A stretch of DNA of 64,000 nt, from NCBI GenBank assembly GCA_963825865.1, contig CAWGVG010000060.1, forward strand, positions 64,001-128,000. Direction: 5' to 3'. This DNA comes from an uncultured Nitrososphaeraceae archaeon (GTDB lineage: Archaea; Thermoproteota; Nitrososphaeria; Nitrososphaerales; Nitrososphaeraceae). This document shows, piece by piece, positions 56,630 through 64,000 of this stretch. The notes below the pieces were generated by a model. The model was not told where the DNA came from. It saw only the letters and a list, made by a program, of their open reading frames with translations, and searched no databases. Numbering within the stretch: position 1 is the stretch's first letter; the number at the start of each line of letters is the position of its first letter. The translations under genes were made by a program, and so were the position numbers.

Positions 56630-56870
56630 GAAATTTCCCTTCCTATTAAAGTACTTAGGAAAAGGCCGATCGTCAAATCTCTAACTCTGCTTTTGCATGG
56701 TAGATGATTCCTAAAAGCAAAATTCAGAAATGGCAACCTGCGATCTGGATAAAATGGTAGCCTTTCTTAAGACCCGCCAACAGACAGTAGGACCATTGTG
56801 ATCAGGCAGATCCTTCTTTTCTTTGGACAGGTGTATATATAATATCAAATGTAATATTTTATGACAACAG

Positions 56871-57062
56871 TTGTTTCTCGTTAAAAAACTTGGCAAAAAT
56901 GGTAGTTGGAATACAATCAGCCTAATTGATGAAAACGGTTCGTTTAGGGGCGAAGCGAGATTTGAGTCAAAAAAAGAAGCGCAAAAGTATCTTGAAGAGT
57001 ATAAGAGAAGGATGAAAAGTCCACAAGAGCTCAAAGTGTTTTGCGATAAATCAAGTGACTGA
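56871..57062 (+). CDS. Small conserved hypothetical protein
   Basis: 63-aa ORF preceded by a TATA-like box. Confidence 0.6.
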   Translation: MFLVKKLGKNGSWNTISLIDENGSFRGEARFESKKEAQKYLEEYKRRMKSPQELKVFCDKSSD

Positions 57063-57342
57063 TAAGAAAAGTCAAAATTGAATATAGAGTTTTAAGAATC
57101 CGAATGAGGCGTATGCTACGAAAGCTTTAGAGACTGACTATACCGTCGCACAAGAGGCATCATAAGATAAGAATAAAAAAAAGTCTAATTTTAGAAATAC
57201 GCTTTATAATAAGGATAAATTTAAAGTCTTCATCCCCCTCCTCTGCGTAGCCATATTACAATCGATTAAAGAATAGTTCCTTAGTATAAGGGATCATTAC
57301 AATTTTTCTTCTCTTGAGGATAACGGTGTAAAACCCAAGGTC

Positions 57343-57783
57343 TTATCGTCGATCAGTGCTCGAATTTAGTAGTCTTTTGATCTTATATGCAATTCCTAAA
57401 AGATCTTCATGAGACGCAACACGTCTGGTAGGCCATTTTCCGTTCGGACTATCGTCATTAAATCTAGGAATAATATGAACATGCACATGTGGAACAATTT
57501 GATTAGCAGCCCTGCCGTTATTCTGCCCTACGTTAAATCCATCTGCATTGACAGCGGTTACAACTGCTTTTGCTATAATCGTAACAAGGGAATATAATCC
57601 GCCAACTTCCTCAGGCGGCATTAAAAGTAAATTATCATAATGAAGTTTTGGTATAACAAGAGTATGTCCAAGATTTATTGGGTATTTATCCATCAGCACT
57701 AGAAAATCTCGATCTTCGTAAATTTCGGCTACTGGCGAGCGACCTGCAATTATACAGCAAAAGATACAAGAAGTCTTTGTCAT
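57343..57783 (-). CDS. HIT-family hydrolase
   Basis: CIFC, GHTLVIP, HVHVH. Confidence 0.95.
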   Translation of the reverse strand: MTKTSCIFCCIIAGRSPVAEIYEDRDFLVLMDKYPINLGHTLVIPKLHYDNLLLMPPEEVGGLYSLVTIIAKAVVTAVNADGFNVGQNNGRAANQIVPHVHVHIIPRFNDDSPNGKWPTRRVASHEDLLGIAYKIKRLLNSSTDRR

Positions 57784-57991
57784 TGTGAGCAATTTACATT
57801 TATTCTCAACTTTTATATATCTACTTTTGACTATCTCTTCGGTAACTTATATCTAAAAGAAATTTGGTTGGATATTCGATGGGGGGAGCAAGGTTTTTGC
57901 TAATTGTACAATATATACGATTGCCATTCAGGTAGCAGTTATTTGATTAAGACCATCTTTTAAGAACCAGCGCACGGTCTAATTGCGATCG

Positions 57992-58664
57992 CTAGCCCTT
58001 TAAATTAATATTAATAATCTGATTCTCTATCACCCTTTTAGTTTCATTTCCATTACTATCTTTTATTGATTGCACAGTTCCATAGATTGGCTGTCCTCTG
58101 AAGTGTTCTCCTGTAGCAAGGTTATCTAAGAAAATCGAAATTATGTTGCCTTTAGAAATTATAATATTTGTTTTTACTCCTTTCCATGCATCAGCATCAT
58201 TTAATTTGACATCGACAGTCCCGGATATAGATATGCTGTTATCTCCAATCGCATGTATTTTTGTATTATTGTCAGTTGTGAAATTGACCAGTTCATGAGT
58301 ATGCCAACGCTTTCCATCAGGAAGAACATTGACAAATTTTGCTTGAAAGTTCTTTACAACCCCTTGATTGACGATTAAGTTCCAATCGCCAAACAGAATA
58401 AATTTTTTTCGTAGCACCTAGGGTAGAATTATTATTATCAGAAGATAAATAAATCAAGGAATTTATTGTCCCGCCTTCTGAGAAAGTATCGTGGATACTG
58501 GTTGGTATTGTCATGCTTCTAGGGGATTTAAGATTATTAGAGGTTTGGATGTTCGTTTTATTCATTTGTGCAAGTACTGAAAGGCTAGAATTATTGCCTA
58601 AGATTCCTAATATCAAGCCTAAGGTAGCCATTACTGCAACTATAAGAACAGATATTTCTTTCAT
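57992..58664 (-). CDS. Secreted hypothetical protein; frameshift near 58415
   Basis: Signal peptide, then HTHELVNF and HFRGQPIYGTV, typical of a Nitrososphaera exported family. Confidence 0.65.
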
Positions 58665-59000
58665 ATTGAATGATATACAAAAATCATAACACAAAAACTA
58701 TAGATATAGTTTTTTGTCATTTACATACGTCGGTGTTAGCCACGATACCTCATCAGATGTAGGTGGGACTAAAGTCGCATATGACATCGCTTGCTGGCAC
58801 TCGTTGGGAATGTTCACATACTCACGTCTAATAAATTTTCAACGATGATCGTTGAAATCTATTATTGTACTATCAAATTTAACATTACTAATGACTTCAC
58901 TATACACAGGCAGACTGCTAGATTGAGATATTGTCAGTAATAAATGAATTATTCTGTGTGACCAACATTTAAAAATAGGCTTATTTGATACTTGGAACGT

Positions 59001-59159
59001 ATGGCTGCCAGAAAAAACTCCTCACGAAAGAAAAGATTGTTAAAACGTACCACACAGAATAGACCTGTACCAGCCTGGGTAATAATTAGGACACACAGGG
59101 AAGTAAGAACAAATCCAAAGCGGAGATTATGGCGTAAGTCTGATGTGAACGTGGGATAG
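59001..59159 (+). CDS. rpl39e: 50S ribosomal protein eL39 (not in the ORF track)
   Basis: MAARKN...[13 protein letters not shown]...NPKRRLWRK. Confidence 0.93.
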   Translation: MAARKNSSRKKRLLKRTTQNRPVPAWVIIRTHREVRTNPKRRLWRKSDVNVG

Positions 59160-59181
59160 AGATCTGGTGATGTCACAATAA

Positions 59182-59496
59182 ATGTCTGCTGATGAAGAAA
59201 ATATAAGCCGCATATACACTATTAATCTCGGGAAAGCATGGGATACGCCGCAGTACAGGAGGACAGATAGGGTAATCAACATCATCAAAGAATTTGCTGA
59301 AAAACACATGAAAAGTGACGAGGTTAAAGTAGACCAAGATTTGAACAGACAGATCTGGAAAAGAGGTAAGGCCAGTCCTCCAAGAAGAGTCCGAGTAAAA
59401 ATGATAAAAGATGATGACGGAGCAGTAACAGTCTCATTGTACGAAGAAGCAAAGACTGAAGCCAATTCGTCAGCGGAATCCCAAAGCAAGTCATAG
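59182..59496 (+). CDS. rpl31e: 50S ribosomal protein eL31
   Basis: RIYTINL, LNRQIWKRG..SPPRRVRV. Confidence 0.95.
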   Translation: MSADEENISRIYTINLGKAWDTPQYRRTDRVINIIKEFAEKHMKSDEVKVDQDLNRQIWKRGKASPPRRVRVKMIKDDDGAVTVSLYEEAKTEANSSAESQSKS

Positions 59497-59535
59497 TAGA
59501 GAAGATTTCGGTGGAGTATTATTTAATAGGAAAAA

Positions 59536-60060
59536 CTAAGACTGAAATCTTTTGCCTTTTTGAACATCTCTTAGTCTGTCCAACAAGTCGGTAATTTGTT
59601 CGTGAGTAGGATTAACAGCCTTGACAATATCCACATCAACATTGAGATTCTGTAGTTCTGTATAGGCGTCTTTATCTTCTATTGTATCGATTAACGCATT
59701 CAATCCGATTGGTTTTTGTCTTAACTCCACAACTTGTTTCAGCTTCTTTATAGAATATTCTAGAGTCTCTTGTACATAGGCAGACACAAATATTATTCTC
59801 TGATGTGGATTTATTGCAATAATCTCTTCTGCTACTCCTATACCACTAACCTCTGGCATTTTATGATCAAGAATAACAACATCAAATGGCATACGCTCAG
59901 TAGCATCTGTCCTAAATCTCATCTTTTGAAACTCTTCGTTATAGGTTTTTAAACAAACTTCACCATTATAAGTCATTGTAACATGATGATTTCTCTTTTC
60001 TAACGCTGTTTTGTATAACATTGCAATGTCATATTCATCTTCAGCTATCAGTATCTTCAT
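59536..60060 (-). CDS. Stand-alone response regulator receiver protein
   Basis: KILIAEDE, VILDHKMP, FVSAY, QKP. Confidence 0.9.
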   Translation of the reverse strand: MKILIAEDEYDIAMLYKTALEKRNHHVTMTYNGEVCLKTYNEEFQKMRFRTDATERMPFDVVILDHKMPEVSGIGVAEEIIAINPHQRIIFVSAYVQETLEYSIKKLKQVVELRQKPIGLNALIDTIEDKDAYTELQNLNVDVDIVKAVNPTHEQITDLLDRLRDVQKGKRFQS

Positions 60061-60760
60061 AGCCCTAATAATGTTAATGGTATTCAAGTGAGGTCCCCCT
60101 CTTCAAATTCCATTTTCTCTTTAATCATTAACGATTCAATATTCATCCATACAGGAGGCAATTGCCAACAATTAAACATTAGTTAATTAAATAACGTTTA
60201 GGTGCCATGAAATAGATTAACTAATTAAATAAAATATAGTCTAAGCCTAAGTTAGTACCGTTGTATTAACATCTAGCCAAAGTATGAATAAATATATCAA
60301 GGTAAATTGCTAATGTTCATTGATTCCTACTATGCAAATACAATAAGAACATTGACCGCCATATTAAACGCATTAAAAGGTTCTTCATTTTAGTTAAGAG
60401 TAGTTACAACAATCATCCAATCTAATGGTTTGATGTATACAAAATCAATGTCGAAAATAATATAATCTACATACGGAATAGAGCATATTCAACTGCATTA
60501 CACTATGCTAAACAGGCCATCATAACTACATATGTTTTGGGTCGGATTTCTGTAATTTAAAATCTTGAGTTTCAGCAGATAAAGAGCATTGTTAGTCATA
60601 AACAAACATGCAAGTATTCTAATTCTTTAATATATCCTACCATTCGGAAGCTTTTTCGAATACCTCTATCTTTCAATTATACAACGAAAATACAATTTTA
60701 TTTATTAGGATCAATAAATAAAGTGAAATTTAAAGGGATACAATAGATTATTCACGTATC

Positions 60761-61736
60761 TTATTCGAGATTAGGAATCATGATCTCTATATCTGGAGAT
60801 GAATCCATATCTTCCCAATCTAACACATTCTCTTTTGGAATAATCTCTGCAATTGGATCATATTTGTCAAATCTAGTTTTATCTGCAACTGCAGCCATGA
60901 GATGAACTCTTACATTATCTGAACTAGCTGATGACATTGAAACTTCAGTAAGGTCATGGTCTTTGAAAATGCCCTGCAAGTTGTCAACAATAGAATTGAG
61001 GCTACCAATTGGAATCTTTTCGCTACCCATTACATGCGAGCATCGCCCTCTTTATTGTCGTTGGATCTGCATTTTGATACAGCATTCCAATTGAGTCCTT
61101 TATAGACGATTCCGCGCTACCGGTATCAATTCTACTTGTGCATAACAGGTTCAGGTTTGTACAAATATAACGCTTAGAAAATGAAGCTATTATTTCACAG
61201 AGGGCTCGGTTAGTAATTTCGTAGCATTCTTCAGTCGAGAGTTCAGGATTATTATTCAAAAGAGCATCATTATCAATCACTATAGTCGCGTCAGATAATC
61301 CTTGTAGCCGTTTTAATGAAATACCAGCCTGGAATATTCTATCTTTTTCATATTTGAAAGGCATTATTGCAGCAGATATTAGTGTATTGGCAGATGATAG
61401 TCTTCCTTCTCGGCATACAACTGGTGCCATCGCAGTTCCAGCCCTGCCTGCAAGATTTGCGATGACAATTATAGTCTGAAAGCCCTCGACAGCTGACTTA
61501 ATTGTCTCAGCAGCAGATTTGGCAAAAGATCTTAGCTTATAGCTTGATGGATTAATCCATGAATTGGAATTAATGAAAACAGTGATGCAATTGCTATCTA
61601 GATCTTCTATATCATTACTTATCAAAACACATTTGCAACCAAGTAACTTGCTAGAAATAATTGCAAGTTTGCTTCCTGCCCCCCCAATACCAACTATCAC
61701 TATTGGCTGTTTGATTTCAAGACGATCGTCTTTCAT
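60761..61736 (-). CDS. Divergent FtsZ/tubulin-like protein; frameshift near 61038
   Basis: VGIGGAG, ANLAGRAGTA, MPFKYE, IDNDAL. Confidence 0.8.
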
Positions 61737-61802
61737 AATCTAATCCCCATCATGTGGGTTATCAAGATTTGGTTAAAAGTTTTGGTGATTAAATATAAAA
61801 AT

Positions 61803-63173
61803 CTAAGTTGTGCAAAAATATTGAGCTGTACTTCTTAGTAAAGAACTAGAAAAACCATCAATACGAACTATAATTTTGCATCCGATAGGAAAATTAGGAT
61901 ACAAAGAAGATGGAGACGAGACAATGACTGGTTTATATGCATAATTCCTTCCTTGTATTGTATTATTGTTTATCTCATCTATAATTATTTCTCCTGTCCA
62001 CTCATCCCATAACGAATTGCGCGTTGTACCAATTTCCTTTGATATCAAATGAAGTTTTTCAGTTCGCTCCTTGACTATATTAGATCCGGTTTGTTTAAGT
62101 TTGGCTGCTTGAGTTTTGGGCCTAGCGCTATATTTTGAGCAATTAATAATATCTGGCATTGTTTCTTTTAATAATGTCAGTGTCTTTTGGAAATCCCCTT
62201 CTGTTTCTGAAGGAAAGCCTACAATTATGTCAGTTGCAATTGTCATCTCAGGCATTTTGCTTCTAAATGCTTTGACTGCGTCGCAGTATATTTTTACGGT
62301 ATGACCTCTCTTCATTTTCCGCAAAATCCTATCGCTACCACTCTGAACAGGAATATGTAAAAACTTGAAGATCTTGTCGTTATTTGCATATACCGTTACT
62401 AATTCATCTATCAAGCTAGGTAGGTACATTGGATTCATCATGCCTACCCTAATTTTATAATCCCCTGATATCTTACAACATGATGTCAGTAATTCTACAA
62501 GATCAGACCCTATGTCTTTTCCGTAACAGCCATTATCAGTGGATGAAAGCCATATCTCTTTGCATCCCTCGTCGATATCATTTTGGATCTGTCTAACTAT
62601 ATCACCAATGCGATAACTTCTAATCCATCCCTTTGCAAGCTTGGTCTGACAAAACGTACACTTGCTCAAACATCCGCTTGCTATTTCTACGATGCTAATT
62701 ATCGGATTTAGTCTCATTTTTGGAAGATTGATTTTATCAGCCGTAGAATCCTCAAGAATTACCTTTTTCTGACCAGAGATGGCATAATTTACGACATCAA
62801 CCGTCTTATCAATAGAGTGAGGTCCAAGTAAGCTCGCAGAAGGAGAAACAGATTCTACTCTGTATCTATCTGCCTTGGGAAGGCAGCCCGCAACTACAAT
62901 GGGTTTTCCCAGTTTCGATAACTTGCCAATTCTATAAAGCATTTTATGTTCAGTCACGTCCTTTACGGAGCATGTGACGATAAGATTAAGGGACGATTCA
63001 TCTTCATCGGTTGCTATTTCATAACCATTATTTTTCAATAGTCCAGTAATCATTTCGGAATCTGCCTTGCTAGCAGAGCAGCCATATGCCTCAATCCACA
63101 CCTTCTTCTTTTCATTGCTAGTTGATAGTGCCTCTTGTGAGATGGATTCAGCAGTAGGAACTCTGTTTATCAT
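61803..63173 (-). CDS. tRNA t6A37 methylthiotransferase (archaeal e-MtaB type)
   Basis: EAYGC, GCLSKCTFC, HIPVQSGS, DIIVGFP, TRAM-like C-terminus. Confidence 0.9.
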   Translation of the reverse strand: MINRVPTAESISQEALSTSNEKKKVWIEAYGCSASKADSEMITGLLKNNGYEIATDEDESSLNLIVTCSVKDVTEHKMLYRIGKLSKLGKPIVVAGCLPKADRYRVESVSPSASLLGPHSIDKTVDVVNYAISGQKKVILEDSTADKINLPKMRLNPIISIVEIASGCLSKCTFCQTKLAKGWIRSYRIGDIVRQIQNDIDEGCKEIWLSSTDNGCYGKDIGSDLVELLTSCCKISGDYKIRVGMMNPMYLPSLIDELVTVYANNDKIFKFLHIPVQSGSDRILRKMKRGHTVKIYCDAVKAFRSKMPEMTIATDIIVGFPSETEGDFQKTLTLLKETMPDIINCSKYSARPKTQAAKLKQTGSNIVKERTEKLHLISKEIGTTRNSLWDEWTGEIIIDEINNNTIQGRNYAYKPVIVSSPSSLYPNFPIGCKIIVRIDGFSSSLLRSTAQYFCTT

Positions 63174-63193
63174 AATAACCAGAACGAGAATTC

Positions 63194-63463
63194 TTAGCGG
63201 TATTTTTTTTCTCTATTTTCAAAGGCTTTTCTTGGTGGCGGAGGAGAATCGTTCTCATGTCCAGGATGCGACCTTATATGATACCAATATCCTGAATTTA
63301 CAATGGCATTTTTGCAAATAGGACAGTTAGCATAACCACATTTATGGTATCCTATAAAGCTTGGATGAATTGTTAGGTTGCATTCATTGCATTTATTATT
63401 ATTATTCAAAATATGTTCATTATTAATTCCAGTAGGTACAATTAGGATGTATCGGTCAAACAA
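63194..63463 (-). CDS. Small Cys/His-rich Zn-finger protein
   Basis: CNEC..IH...HKC...CPIC...HIRSH. Confidence 0.6.
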   Translation of the reverse strand: MFDRYILIVPTGINNEHILNNNNKCNECNLTIHPSFIGYHKCGYANCPICKNAIVNSGYWYHIRSHPGHENDSPPPPRKAFENREKKYR

Positions 63464-64000
63464 TTGACCATAGGTGTATGAAAATTATTCATGGTAGCCT
63501 CGGTACTCGTATTGCTGTTTCTTCTTATGCAAACATACTAATTCAAGCGGACAAAAATTAACTGATGTCGACTAATCCACATCATGGAACGTTCTTATTA
63601 TTTCTTTATCTATCAATGACATTTTCTCCATCAGTTAACTTTTAAATTTCGTTTGTTCCTTATTTCGAGGCTCAATATATTGTTCCCTTCTTCAAAGATT
63701 CCATCCTTCGCCTAATTAGTCTCTTTTTCGACTTTTATTATTATTACTATATCTAGAAATAAATTAATAACTATTAAGTTTAGTATCATATCTAAAATTC
63801 CGAGTCAATTTCATTACTTTGCCTAATAAACAAACGCTTGCAGTTGCTCGATTATGGTTTATGGATTATATTATTTTTATTTAACACCTCTAAGGAGATT
63901 TTTAAGGTATATTTATACATGAATTTTCAGCTTTGTATGCAGAGGATGAATTAAAAAGAGAAGAGAATATTATTTATAGCAATCACAAATTGTTATAAGC

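Noticed and set aside
56700-56820. SRP RNA near srp54
   Set aside because: Too short and lacks the helix 8 GNRA/AGCAG signature.
58740-58770. Hammerhead ribozyme (CTGATGAG on the minus strand)
   Set aside because: The required GAAA after stem II is absent (reads GACG).
3655-61736. Mass pseudogenisation or programmed frameshifting of ~25 genes
   Set aside because: The breaks are single-base, hit essential genes (rpl4, rpl6, rpl14, srp54) and lack shared slippery sites; sequencing error explains them better.
70-63321. Numerous antisense ORFs in the track (e.g. 20400..20951, 35163..35537, 53538..53954)
   Set aside because: They are shadows of well-supported genes on the opposite strand and have no motifs.

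Overview
AT-rich archaeal chromosome segment. Gene content and order (ESCRT-III CdvB, divergent FtsZ-like protein, DUF6659-type proteins, ribosomal operon lacking rpl2 and ending at rpl6) point to an ammonia-oxidising archaeon of the Nitrososphaerota, probably Nitrososphaeraceae. Most of the window is housekeeping: thrC, a biotin cluster (bioF, bioB, bioA, bioD), a nucleotidyltransferase-LLM-thiolase-DUF35 operon, the S10/spc ribosomal operon, psmA, pur genes, trmI, HtrA, PINA ATPase, argS, pus10, SRP54, Dph6 and MtaB. There are three tRNAs: Asn and Arg with non-canonical BHB introns, and Thr. About 25 genes, many essential, are broken by single-base errors, which indicates uncorrected long-read sequence, not real pseudogenes. 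About ten of these errors fall on GCWGC, suggesting a host methylation motif. The most unusual features are a ~270-nt highly structured non-coding element that truncates a DUF4231/SLATT gene, a resolvase-bearing insert splitting the biotin cluster, a dispersed 22-bp palindrome, a nucleotidyltransferase fused to a degenerate kinase domain, a 33-aa basic micro-ORF and several other structured intergenic segments. All family assignments are from motif recognition; no searches were run.
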